From assembly GCA_951406725.2 (NCBI GenBank), contig OX597830.1, positions 54,250,001-54,314,000 on the forward strand: a stretch of DNA of 64,000 nucleotides. Reading direction: 5' to 3'. Below are positions 27,018-38,842 of the stretch, piece by piece; the stretch's first letter is position 1; every line of letters starts with the position of its first letter. Source of the DNA: Octopus vulgaris (Eukaryota). The notes under the pieces were generated by a model, which was not told the DNA's origin, made no database searches, and worked only from the letters and a program-made list of their open reading frames with translations. The position numbers and the translations under genes are program-made.

Positions 27018-27911
27018 TTACTTCTCTTCCATGGGTAATTCATCTACTGGCGGATTTTGAGATTTTTTGCATCTTTCCGTAAATATTTTTAGAATGCTTT
27101 GTCGTATATTGGCATCTATAAGCCATGCAAACGGAACGAGTGCAAAACAGATCAATGTTATTGCAAACGGTACGTAAACAACTAGAGAAAACTGCAATAA
27201 CTGAGAGCTTCGCGCCCAAGATACACCGTTTGTTATGCTAGAGACCATCCATAGAGTGACGATAATTATCAATGCTATTACCGCCGATTTCTTCTCATTG
27301 TTTCCACATTTCACTGCAATGTACACGAGTGAACATAGACAAAGAAACATGAGACATGCGAATATTAATTGAAACCCTGCGCGAGCAAAGTATAACTTGT
27401 AGGGCTCGCCTGAAGAACATGAATCTATAGTATAGTTAATAAAAGCTAGATTAAAAATCAGTTCCATAGCGCAGATTAAGAGCCACAAGACAGCTATAAA
27501 GATAAATTGGAATCGTTGAAACCTTCCACTTTCATATTCATTTGGGCGGAAATATTTCACGATATAATCACAGCAAATAGGCAGTATAAAATATCTCACA
27601 CATTCGCTAAATATTTTGTGTATTATCACAAGAATAAGACAGTTAGATAGTTCAAAGTTAAGAAACATGGGAAGATGCACCGAGTATAAATAAGTTATGA
27701 TCGAGTAAAGTGCGTAGGAAAGCGTATAATTGGTCATTGATAGGAGACGTGTTTTTGTATAGGATCTTCTATCCAACAAAATGGCTGTCATTAGGAAAGC
27801 GTTGAACAGGAAGAGGACAATGGTAGTGACGCAGTGATATATATCGAACCAGGTCCAATAACTATATGAAGAGTCGGAATCAAGGTGATCATTCGTCTGT
27901 TCATCTTCCAT
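27018..27911 (-). CDS. Orphan 7-TM class A-like GPCR, paralog 2 (297 aa)
   Basis: Intact ORF with seven hydrophobic segments. Motifs LFNAFL..LDR, TNYTL, RYFILPICCDYIVKYFRPNEY, VLW, YIAVK, PFAWLIDANIRQSI align with the other paralogs. Confidence 0.9.
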   Translation of the reverse strand: MEDEQTNDHLDSDSSYSYWTWFDIYHCVTTIVLFLFNAFLMTAILLDRRSYTKTRLLSMTNYTLSYALYSIITYLYSVHLPMFLNFELSNCLILVIIHKIFSECVRYFILPICCDYIVKYFRPNEYESGRFQRFQFIFIAVLWLLICAMELIFNLAFINYTIDSCSSGEPYKLYFARAGFQLIFACLMFLCLCSLVYIAVKCGNNEKKSAVIALIIIVTLWMVSSITNGVSWARSSQLLQFSLVVYVPFAITLICFALVPFAWLIDANIRQSILKIFTERCKKSQNPPVDELPMEEK

Positions 27912-27934
27912 TTTGATGGTCAGAATGGCAGAAC

Positions 27935-27960
27935 CTGAAATAGATTTTGATGTAAGAAAT
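27935..27960 (-). promoter_or_regulatory. Putative 3' splice acceptor (paralog 2)
   Basis: Minus strand reads atttcttacatcaaaatctatttcAG, 23 nt before the ATG. Confidence 0.6.
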
Positions 27961-28804
27961 TTAGAGAGATTTTGATGTAAGCAATTTAACGAGTTGGAAA
28001 TTACATTTAAAGTGATTTCTTTTAATTGAACAATTTTTTTCTTTTGATATCCAAAGTCTTCTTTCGATTCGGAGCGTTGTGTTTCATTGGACTTTGGACG
28101 ATAAGATTAGCACACAAACTGATTTAACACCGTAATCTTGTCTTTGGGTATTTTCTATGCGGTTCCATCTGTTGTAAACATTTGAACACACCACGATGTC
28201 TGAATGCCCTCCTATGCTTTTTCCACGAACTGAAAATATTCAAGTGTCATCTATGGCGTCAATCTGGAAAGCATCTTTCTATGAACTAAATTATTAGAAA
28301 TAATTACACTTGAAGATGGGGAGGAACATTCGATTATATGGAAACTAGTTGTTCTCGGCAGTTTATTCTATCGATCCCAGAAAGGCTACCTTTGAACGTC
28401 CATCCCGAATGGATTTGATTTCTATGTACATCAACCCCAATAACTGCCAACCGAATTGCCATTAGTGGTATTGTAAATATTAAAACAGTTTTATTCTTAA
28501 CCCAAATACCCTTTCTATTTGTCTATTTGAAAAAACCTTATTTCAAAATATCGACATTTGAAATTTCATATAACATTGTTTATGCTCGAAATATGTAAAA
28601 CCATTTTATCCTGATGAGACTCGAACTTGAGTTTATTTTTAGGATCCTTAACTATATTTCTTTTTTACTTCAGCCCTAAGTCAATATTGCTTTTCTCACA
28701 CTCTTGTTTCTTTTTCCTCCAAAACGCTTCCCACAATCACCTTAACTCTGTGTCATTGTTTCTTTCTTCCAAGTGATATACCTTACCCATAATATTTGTT
28801 TCAA

Positions 28805-29008
28805 ATTTTGGCACAAGGCCAGAAATATTGGGGTGGGGTTTAAGTAGATTACATTGACCCCCCCAGTGCTCAACTGGTACTTATTTTATTGAAAGGAGGG
28901 AAAACAAAGTCGTCCTCGGTGGAATTTGAACTCAGAACGTAAAGACGGATGAAATGCTGCTAAGCATTTTGCTTGGCGTGCTAACAATTCTGCCAGCCTG
29001 CCGCCTCC
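28805..29008 (-). mobile_element. SINE family B (single unit)
   Basis: GGAATTTGAACTCAGAACGTAAAGACGG...GCTAACAATTCTGCCAGC. Further partial copies lie at about 30180-30300 and 33283-33465. Confidence 0.75.
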
Positions 29009-29364
29009 ACACTCCCCATAATATTACAATTTATTTTACATTACAGTGCACATCATTACCCGTGTTTTACAAATTTACATTGTAAATATTGTTAATGCTC
29101 ACAGGAAGTAATAACCTGTCATTTCTCTACCCTGTTCCTCTCTTTCCCCCTCTTTTCACCTTTCTTCTCTTTCGGTTGTGTCTGGGAAGAGTCATTCTCT
29201 TTTGGTGCCTTATAATTTAACACACTCACCGGTAAAATTTCCACTTATTTCTTTTATATTTTTCTAAAATTTTCGTTGCGTCTTGCAACCTTTCCAATAG
29301 TTTTGACTCTGTCCGTTACTCACACTGAGTTCCTGTTTGGCTGTTTGTGCGCATGTGTATGGAT

Positions 29365-29402
<38 letters not shown>

Positions 29403-29536
29403 CTATACACGCATGTATGTATGTATGTGTGTATGCATGTATGTGTATGTGCATATGTATCTATTTATGTGTGCACATTTGTATGTATGTACTCTGCATA
29501 TTCATGTGTTTGCATGTCCGTGTTTGTGTGTTTTTA

Positions 29537-29594
<58 letters not shown>

Positions 29595-29868
29595 TGTGTG
29601 TTTGTATATGTGTATGTGCACCTCTGTCTCCTTGTGTGTGCATGTCTGAATGAGTGTGTGTGAGTTTTGCAATTATGTACCGTGTTTGGATGTGCATCTC
29701 CATATGTGTGGACGTGTGTCTCCATATGTGTCCTTGTGTGAAGTAAAGTGTGTGTGTATATATGGTCATATGTTTCGTTCTTCATTTGCGTATGTGTGCT
29801 TGTTTGTTCATATAACCTGTGTAACTATCCGTCTGTATATCTCAACAACTACTGGTCTGATTCACGTG

Positions 29869-30087
29869 TAACTTATTTTATTCTGTTCATATTCACATTT
29901 CAGTGGTACTACTTTCAAAGTATTTTCCGATTATGCGCCATTTGGGCTGTATATATATATAATACATTAAAAGTGAAGTTCAATCTTGCTTGCTTGCAAC
30001 GTTACACAGCCCAAATGGCGCATAATGGGAAAATACTTTGAAAGTAGTACCACTGAAATGCGAATATGAACAGAATAAAATAAGTTA
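29869..30087. repeat. Near-perfect hairpin (82-bp arms, 55-bp spacer)
   Basis: 29869-29950 is the reverse complement of 30006-30087 with about 2 mismatches. Confidence 0.85.
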
Positions 30088-30476
30088 TATATATATATAT
30101 ATATATATTAATTTATAAATAAGGACAATATCTATATTTAAATATCGATATTATCAAGTGACCAGCAAAATAGTATAAATATTCCTTCTCTACTATAGGT
30201 ACAAGGCATGAAGCTTTGTGGGAGAGTCTAGTCGATTAGATCGACCCAAGTGCTTAACTGGTACTTATTTTATCGACACGAAGGATGAAAGGCAAAGTCA
30301 AATACCATACAAAAGTAATAATTTTTTACAACTATAAATAAGGGTATCTGAGAGACACCACCACGCCGAAATAGCAGTCAAATCCCTGACTCTAAAAACC
30401 ACCTAAAATGTTCATATCGCACCAAGAGATAAGACAGAGAGACAAAAAAAACTAGCAAAAAGATATTACTGGATAA

Positions 30477-30533
30477 TTCAAGATCCTGGATTTCTAGCTT
30501 TGCTTCAAATAAACTCTGCTTTCATCAGTTAAA
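30477..30533 (-). ncRNA. Degenerate hammerhead-like motif inside a direct-repeat cassette (about 30100-30830)
   Basis: Minus strand: UUUAA CUGAUGA a AGC...GCU a GAAA UCC a GGA UC UUGAA. The sequence at about 30104-30355 (interrupted by a SINE) repeats at about 30721-30830. Confidence 0.4.
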
Positions 30534-31560
30534 TATACCAGATGGGCACATAAATACAAATATATATATATATACAGAACACACGTTATACTTACATATA
30601 CGAACGTCCATACATACATATATATGCACGTATGTACAACGTCAGATTCAAATTGCCCGCCAACAACCTAGTGTGCGCGATATGGTCAAAATAAACACCG
30701 CAGTGAATATAGTGACGAATTATATTAATTTATAAGGACAATATCGATATTATCAAGTGGCCAGCATGGGAATAAATACCATACAAAAGTAATAATTTTT
30801 TACAACTATAAATAAGGGTATCTGAGAGATACAGTCCTGAATTCTTCCCCCTGGCTAAATGTGTTTTGCTCTTCTAAATTGGTCTTGAACATTTTTTTCT
30901 ATGACCTGGTGTGTTGCCTGCTCAACTTTTCTACTTTTGGCTCCAGTTGTTTTATAAAATCCGTCCGCAAATTAGTTTCTTGCTGGATAGTTCTAGGAAT
31001 ATTTAGTACCATATTTCTCCCACATTTCTCCAGCATACATTTAGCACTTTTGGATTTCGTTTATAAAAATGTGTTCGCTCGCTTGTTTTGTCGCTCGCAC
31101 AAACTCGAAAGAGCAGATTTGCGTAGTTCGTTTTCTTTGTTGTCTTTCTCGTTAATGATGTTGCTGTTGTAGTTGTTGGTGAGACAGCTGCTGATACTGG
31201 GGTGGCAGTAGTCCATGCTAGTCCGCTGCTAGTCCATGCGCCTCCACCATGGTGAAGGTGGTGCTAAAAGCAAAGAAATGTTACTTTCATAGACTTTACG
31301 TGCGATATTGTTCTTGTTACTGTTACTGTTCTTATTACTGCCGCTGGAGCTGACAGTGTCTTTACGACTTAGCTGTTCTCCCTAAGGGCTACAGATGGAG
31401 AAGAACTAACCTGCCCCTCAAGATCCTGGTTAGTTCATCTATGTAACGATAAGAAATGTACGATGTATAACAATGTATAACAGTATTAATAACTACAAAC
31501 TTACAGGAGCAATGTGCAACACCTGTCGATAGACGAATACAACAACAACAACAACAACAA

Positions 31561-33155
31561 CTAGAGTCCTAGCAAGACCACTACAGTTCCTCTTTCAGAG
31601 CTTCCTTGCAGCTGGCAAACTTCCAAGAAAACTGAAGGAAGGTAAAATATGCCCTATTCATAAAGGAGGTAGCAGAGCGGAGGCCAAGAACTACAGACCT
31701 ATCTCTCTGACCTCACACATCAGTAAGGTCATGGAACGAATAGTCAGAAGGAAACTAATCACCTTCCTTGAAGAAAATGACTTGCTGCCTGACACCCAAC
31801 ATGGTTTCCGACCAGGAAAAGCTGCTTAACTCAGCTCCTACAATACTATGACTGGGTGCTGAAACGACTGCTCAACCACTCAAATGTGGAAGTCATATAT
31901 CTCGACTTTGCAAAGGCCTTTGATAAAGTCGATCATAGAATGATATGTCACAAACTGCGTGATCTTAGCATAGTTGGAAAACTGGGAGAATGGCTTCATG
32001 ACTTTCTGAAAGATAGAAGTCAGGTGGTAGTAGCCATTAACACGCAAATAGTGAGCGGTGTTCCGCGGGGCACTGTTTTGGGACCACTACTGTTCATAAT
32101 GGTCCTCTCAGACATGCCCTCAGCCACGCAGAGAGCCACGATCACAAGTTATGCAGATGATACAAAAGTTTCACAGGCAATACAGAACCCTGAGGACACT
32201 AAACGCCTGCAATGTGAGCTGGACAAAATATACAAGTGGGCTGAAAAGAATAGCATGCAGTTTAATGCTGAAAAGTTTCAAGCTTTATGCTATCAGCATG
32301 CAAAACTAAATGCAATACCCAATGAATACACTGGACCCGGAGGAATTGCAATCCCAGAGGCACAATCAGTGCGTGACCTGGGTATTTACATGAGTGATGA
32401 CGCAACCTTTCGTGTACATGTTGCTAAATTGACAATGAAATGTAGACGACTGGCCGGATGGATTCTCAGAACCTTTAGAACAAGAGAACAAGAAACCATG
32501 ATGGTCCTCTGGAGGACACTTGTCCTAAGCCACTTTGACTATTGCTCTCAGCTATGGTCACCATCCAGTGTCAAGTTGATCACAGAACTTGAGGCGATCC
32601 AACGTAGCTACACGAAGAAGATAGCCTCTGTGCAGAATATAAGCTACTGGGAAAGACTCAAGAGATTAAAACTCTATTCCTTGGAGCGTAGGCGAGAAAG
32701 ATATGCCATAATATACATCTGGAAGATCCTGGAAGGACTTGTCCCAAACTTTGGCATCGAGAGTTACACAAATGCCAGAACTGGGCGCCACTGCGTGGTG
32801 CCTAGGACTCCAAATTTGCCATCAAGATGTAGGACAAGATACTGTGATAGCCTGGGCTTCCGAGGCCCACAGCTCTTCAATATCCTCCCGAAGAACCTAA
32901 GAGACCTGCATGGGGTGGATGCAGATGTCTTTAAAATGAAACTGGATCTTTTCTTGTCAGGTATCCCAGATGAACCAACTTCACGGCAGGAGGTGCAGAT
33001 GAGGGCAGCTGCATCGAACTCTCTCATGCACCAAATGGCAGTTGCTAAAAAGCATTCGTGAAGTAAAACCATGTAGCAACACCAAATGGCGGTGCCCTAG
33101 CATGGCCACAGCTCGTGAGCTGAAACTAGAATCAATCAATCAATCAATCAATCAA
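31561..33155 (+). mobile_element. 5'-truncated CR1-group LINE (reverse transcriptase) inserted in (AAC)n
   Basis: NYRPISLTS, QHGFRPG, YLDFAKAFDKVDH, GVPRGTVLGPLLF and YADD (ORF 31856-33061, frameshift near 31820), with an (ATCA)n 3' tail. Confidence 0.92.
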
Positions 33156-33517
33156 CAATAATAATAACAACAACAATAATTAAAGTAATAATAACAACAA
33201 CAACACTAAGGGTTATATACGATTATTGTGATGGTTTATTATTTTTATTTGACTATTTTTATTTGACCGTAAAATAGTATACATATTCCTTCTCTACTAT
33301 AGGTACAAGGCATGAAGCTTTGTGGGAGAGTCTAGTCGATTAGATCGACCCAAGTGCTTAACTGGTACTTATTTTATCGACACGAAAGATGAAAGGCAAA
33401 GTCAACCTCGGCGGAACTTAAGCTCAAAATGTAAGCATTTGTCCGGCGTACTAACGATCCGCCGTAAACAGCACAATTATTAAACTGATATATATATTAG
33501 TATGGATAAACTGTTTG

Positions 33518-33579
<62 letters not shown>

Positions 33580-33604
33580 AATATATAATGTATATATAAT
33601 CAAA

Positions 33605-33810
33605 TTTCACAAAATATAATATATATTTATAAATTAGAAAAAAACCTACCTTTTATAAATTCAATAAGGAAAAATTAAATTATACCATTTTGAAAAATTA
33701 CATATTATAGAAAGATTAATTTTTCTAAATGGTATAATTTAATTTTTCATTAATGAATTGATAAAAGGTGTTTTTTTTCTAATTTATAAATATATATTAT
33801 ATTTTGTGAA
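33605..33810. repeat. AT-rich inverted repeat
   Basis: TTTCACAAAATATAATATATATTTATAAATTAGAAAA...TATACCATTT versus AAATGGTATA...TTTTCTAATTTATAAATATATATTATATTTTGTGAAA. Confidence 0.75.
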
Positions 33811-33872
33811 ATATTTTGATTTAATATTTCTAAATTGAATTTTCCCCTGTAAGTTTGGAATAATATTCCCTC

Positions 33873-33909
<37 letters not shown>

Positions 33910-34096
33910 TCACAATGAGGATATTTAAACCTCTTTTAGGGATATTTTATCCCAGATACACTGGTTTAATATATTGTATTTTGAAGAGATATTTCTTCAA
34001 TGAATATATTATATAAAATATCGTAAAATATCAAATATTATTATCGAGTTAGAAAACAGGGAGATCTAATGGATACAAATTAATAAATTAATTAAC

Positions 34097-34290
34097 ATAT
34101 TCATGTACAAGTGTTTCATTTCACAAAAGAATTAAAATTACAAAACATATATAAATATATAATTTTGCATTTTAAATACCTTCTATAGAACAACATTACA
34201 CAAGGTAATTAAAATGCAAAATTGTATATTTATATATGTTTTGTAATTTTAATTTTGTTTGTGAAATGAAACAATTGTAGGTGAATATGT
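34097..34290. repeat. AT-rich inverted repeat
   Basis: TGTTTCATTTCACAAA...TTTTGCATTTTAA versus TTAAAATGCAAAA...TTTGTGAAATGAAACA. Confidence 0.75.
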
Positions 34291-34339
34291 TGATTAATCT
34301 CTCTATATATAAAACTGAGAATGTGTGTCTGTCTGTCTG

Positions 34340-34575
34340 TGGTCAAATTGTTGGTGCTCGTATTTCAGGTGCTAGCGTAACGAAAACGGCCGAAATGTTT
34401 GGTGTATCAAGAAGTACTGTCTCGAAAGTAATGACAGCCTTTGAGAAAAAGGGAAAAAACCTCCTCTGCGAAACGAAACTCCGGAAAAAAACCAAAACAT
34501 TCAGATAGGGACCGTCGGACTCTTACGCGAATTGTTAGAAAGGATCGCAAGAATACAGCTCCTAAAATAACTGCG
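34340..34575 (+). mobile_element. Tc1 transposase N-terminal (HTH) fragment
   Basis: GQIVGARISGASVTKTAEMFGVSRSTVSKVMTAF, then (frameshifted) SDRDRRTLTRIVRKDRKNTAPKIT. Confidence 0.8.
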
Positions 34576-35398
34576 TACATATATTTATATGTAAAGGTAC
34601 ATCAGTAGTACCAACATATAGTGGTTTGAAGCTGAAAATTTCCGAGGGAATTCAACGAAAGTGAACTCTCTGGAAACCTTTCGGCTTTTACCTACCTTTA
34701 TAGTTATTGAGATAGATAAATAGATAAATAGATAGATAGATAGATATCGAAGAATATGAAAAGAGAGAAAATGGACAACTTTTAACATTGCGGAAAGTTT
34801 AATAAATCTTAATGTATTTGGGGCTCAAAGTCCCATCTTTAGAAGAAAAGAACATTCTAAGAAAAGTCCAGTTGTGTAGGATCCGTTAAGCTACTTAAAC
34901 TCTCCAGCGTTTATGTAATACACACACGCACACACACACGCGCGCACACACGCGCGTACACACACACACACACACCTATCGAAGAATGTGAAAAGAGAGA
35001 AAATAGACAGCTTCTAACACTGCGGAAATTTGAGCCGGTGGTCTCTATGACAACATCCAACGGATGGAGAATGGCCTAGAAAATCAGCCGACTCAGACAG
35101 CCGGCAACACTTAAATGGCGAGCGTGACTACAACTGGTAATATTACGTATATACATGCAAGCACAGATGCGTACATACATATATATACATACTTACACAT
35201 GAACACATACACACGCACATACATACAAACAGGCATACCAACATACATGCGTACATACATACATACATACATACATACATACATACATACATACATACAT
35301 ACATACATACATACATACAATCCTTATAATGTATTGCTGAATAGATTTATACTACTATATCAAAGAATATAATGTTAGTTTAATGTCGCTTTATATGA

Positions 35399-36316
35399 TT
35401 AATTTATTTCAGTTAACTCGTGTGAGGGATGACCTCTAGATTTTCTTGAACATAATGTTCGAATACTTTGCCTTATAGTGGCATCGAAAAGCCACAGAAA
35501 CGGCAAAAGCAGGAAGGCGACAATGTTTATGATACGATGAATGCCGAATGACTTAGCATGCAGTAGTCCCAAAATCCCAGTACCAAGTATATAGCTTACA
35601 AGGTAAAAAGTTACAGTCACTATAGTAATAATAAGCAAAGTTATCAATGGTGATTTCATCATTTCTTGGTCTCTACCCTTGATGGCAATGTAGATAAGCA
35701 GGCCTGTAAATACTAATATCACAATGAACACCAAAAGTGACAATATAATTTGAGTAATAATGACATTACGAGAATATTCAATAAAGTAATTATTTTTAGA
35801 AAGGTTGGAAAAAGCTAGACCGAATACCAAATTTTTTATCCAAATAAAGACCCACAAAATCCCTATCAATACAGATTGGATAATTAGGAAAATTTGATTT
35901 TCATATTTGCTTGGTTTAAAATATTTCACGATAAACTCACAGAAAAGAGGGATAAGGAAATACTTATCACTATCGCTAGCAACATAAGCAAATATGTTGA
36001 TAATTAAGTAATGAGATTTTGGCAAATCTCGAACTTCATAGACATGCAAGCCCTTGAAATAAATTACTAAAGCAATGAGTACAGAACTCAGCATATAGTT
36101 TAGAAGTGACAAAGGACGTGTTTTCCCGTGAGTGTTACGATCTAGGAAAATGGCGACCATTAGAAATAGGTTGAACAGGACAACTATGACAATCGATATA
36201 CAGAAGAATATATTCAACCATCCAGTTGCATCATGTCCGAAGACTGAAACTTCGTCGTCGTAGTCGTAATAATCGTTGTACTCGTAATAATCAGTTGTCA
36301 TTTGAATATCTTCCAT
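35399..36316 (-). CDS. Orphan 7-TM class A-like GPCR, paralog 3 (305 aa)
   Basis: Intact ORF and close paralog of 4 and 5 (KYFLIPLFCEFIVKYFKPSKYENQIFLIIQSVLIGILW, LLPFLWLFDATIRQSI, C-terminal HELTEIN). Confidence 0.92.
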   Translation of the reverse strand: MEDIQMTTDYYEYNDYYDYDDEVSVFGHDATGWLNIFFCISIVIVVLFNLFLMVAIFLDRNTHGKTRPLSLLNYMLSSVLIALVIYFKGLHVYEVRDLPKSHYLIINIFAYVASDSDKYFLIPLFCEFIVKYFKPSKYENQIFLIIQSVLIGILWVFIWIKNLVFGLAFSNLSKNNYFIEYSRNVIITQIILSLLVFIVILVFTGLLIYIAIKGRDQEMMKSPLITLLIITIVTVTFYLVSYILGTGILGLLHAKSFGIHRIINIVAFLLLPFLWLFDATIRQSIRTLCSRKSRGHPSHELTEIN

Positions 36317-36349
36317 ATTGCCTTTTGGGTAGTTAAAATCGTCTCAAAT

Positions 36350-36378
36350 CTGAAATGTAGACAATGAAAGAAAGGAAG
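36350..36378 (-). promoter_or_regulatory. Putative 3' splice acceptor (paralog 3)
   Basis: Minus strand reads cttcctttctttcattgtctacatttcAG, 33 nt before the ATG. Confidence 0.7.
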
Positions 36379-36413
36379 ATACCAACGAGTGTAAATTCTA
36401 TATCTTTATACAC

Positions 36414-36580
36414 TTACAATGATAATTGAATTATTATAATAATTATTTACAATGGTATTTGAATTATAATAATAATTATTTACAATTTTAGTTGAAACAT
36501 TATAATAATTATTTACAATGGTAATTGAATTATAATGATAATTATTTACAATGATAATTGAATTATTATAATAATTATTT
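36414..36580. repeat. 33-bp AT-rich minisatellite x5 upstream of paralog 3
   Basis: Unit TTACAATGRTAATTGAATTATTATAATAATTAT. There are 2 copies at about 48496-48562 and 1 at about 54859-54893. Confidence 0.8.
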
Positions 36581-37814
36581 AATAGAGTAAAAATATTGAG
36601 AAACAGTAATTGACAAGAGTTAGTTGTAGACGTGTTACAATAACTGTGTACGCTTGGGACTAACCACAAATTTGTCGTTATGGCTTCTTGTCTATACAAA
36701 TAAACGGTAGAAACCATTTCACAAAACATATATTGTAAATGAAAATCAGCTTTGAGGTAATAATGTTGTAAACGTGTTTGAGAAGATAAAGTACAATTTA
36801 TAGTCTCGTGTAACAAAATTTAATTCTCGTAAAATCTGGTATACTAGAAAAATGGATCAACGAAATGAAAATAAAGTGAAAAGCTTCTCAGTTAAACACA
36901 GTTTATCTACAACCCCCAAATTCTAATAAATAAAGCATAACATTGACATCTATACTGCCGATTGCCTTGTCGGCTGGTCGAGGTAAACGACTTTTGGATG
37001 TAATGAAGTAAAAGGAGCAGAGACTGATGAAAATTCTACGGCACAGTTTCGAGTCTCGCATGAAGAATGAAAAAAAAAAATGAAAAAAAAGGGCATCAGA
37101 GCAGCGATGCATATCCTGAGCGCACACAAGGATAAAATAAAATTCAATTTAATAAATATATTCTCAAACAAATTCATATTTCAATAAAGTGACATCAAGA
37201 GTTATTTCCTCTGCGTATCGTTTATGCATATGAACAAAGAAAAAATAAATTTTGATTCACTCTTCCGCCAATTTTGAAGATAATCACACCAAAATTTGAC
37301 TAATCAATTGAGTATTTCTGCCAAATTTGGTAAAAATCCGTTCAGCCATTTTCCAGTACGAACGACTAAATATACTTGCTTCGCTTACGAGCACAGGGTT
37401 AAAAATTAAATTTTTTGATGTGTCTCAGACTTTCAGGAAATTAGTCAATATAATACAAATAGAACGAGAAAGTTCTTGACTAAAGTACAATTTACAAAGC
37501 AAATATTTTCCCCATATGCACATCTAGAAACTTATCCAGACAACAGGGTTGAATTTAACAATGTAGGAAGAAAAGCCACCGCTATTCAAAAACAGGCAAT
37601 GAACTGGTGCCACCAGAAGATAACGTTTCAAATATATATACACATATATACATCTAATATATATTGTCCGACGAACGGGAATATATATGTATATATTAGA
37701 TAGATAAATATACATATACATTTATGCACACATATCACATTTGTATATATACATGTAAATGGCAACCACAATAATAATAGTAATAATGATAATGATGATG
37801 ATGATGATGATCAC

Positions 37815-37975
<161 letters not shown>

Positions 37976-37984
37976 TAATAACAA

Positions 37985-38215
37985 CACCAAGACCTAGCTA
38001 TTGAATTACAGAGACTATGGAAAGTGCTTGTGAAACGTATCCCAGTAGCGTGCATTGGGAACTGTCCCTAAAGATCTGAATAGATGGATAGAGGAAATAG
38101 GCATAAAACCCAGTTTAGTACAGTTCCAGAAAGCAATGTTATTAAGGACAGCTAGGATACTTAGGAGGGTTCTTGGCAGCTAAGGCTGCTTGTAGCCCGA
38201 TGTTAGGATGCTTTT
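37985..38215 (+). mobile_element. R4/Dong-like non-LTR retrotransposon 3' fragment (restriction-like endonuclease C-terminus)
   Basis: QDLAIELQRLWKV..IPV, LGTVPKDL..WIEEIGIK and QKAMLLRTARILRRVL. It directly abuts (AAT)n, the known Dong target. Confidence 0.7.
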
Positions 38216-38249
38216 CTTTTCCAACAATTTAATCTGTTGAGTGTATATG

Positions 38250-38358
38250 AATAATGATGATGATGATGATGATGATGATAATACTAATAACGGCGACGAT
38301 GACGATGATGATGATGATAATAATAATAACAGCAAAAATAATAATAATAATAATAATA

Positions 38359-38393
<35 letters not shown>

Positions 38394-38394
38394 A

Positions 38395-38438
<44 letters not shown>

Positions 38439-38788
38439 AATAATAATAACGGCGACGACTACGACGACGATGATGATAATAATAATAATAATAACAGCAA
38501 TAATAATAATAATGATAATAATAATGATGATGATGATGATGATGATGATAATGTTGATTATGGTGATGATGATGATGATGATGATAATGATGATGATGAT
38601 GGTGATGATGATGATGATAATGATGATGATGATAATAATAATAACGGCGACGACTACGACGACGATGATGATAATAATAATAATAACAGCAATAATAATA
38701 ATAATAATAATAATAATGATGATGATGATGATAATGATGATGATGATGGTGATGATGATGATGATGATGATAATGATGATGATGATGG

Positions 38789-38840
<52 letters not shown>
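38250..38840. repeat. Compound (GAT)n/(AAT)n microsatellite with higher-order repeat
   Basis: The AATAACGGCGACGA...AATAACAGCAA block recurs three times. Confidence 0.9.

Positions 38841-38842
<2 letters not shown>

Noticed and set aside
28611-28650. Further CTGATGA hammerhead candidates at about 28611, 14531, 55771 and 63849
   Set aside because: Stem II is partly present but the GAAA or cleavage-site half is missing, so they are too decayed to call.
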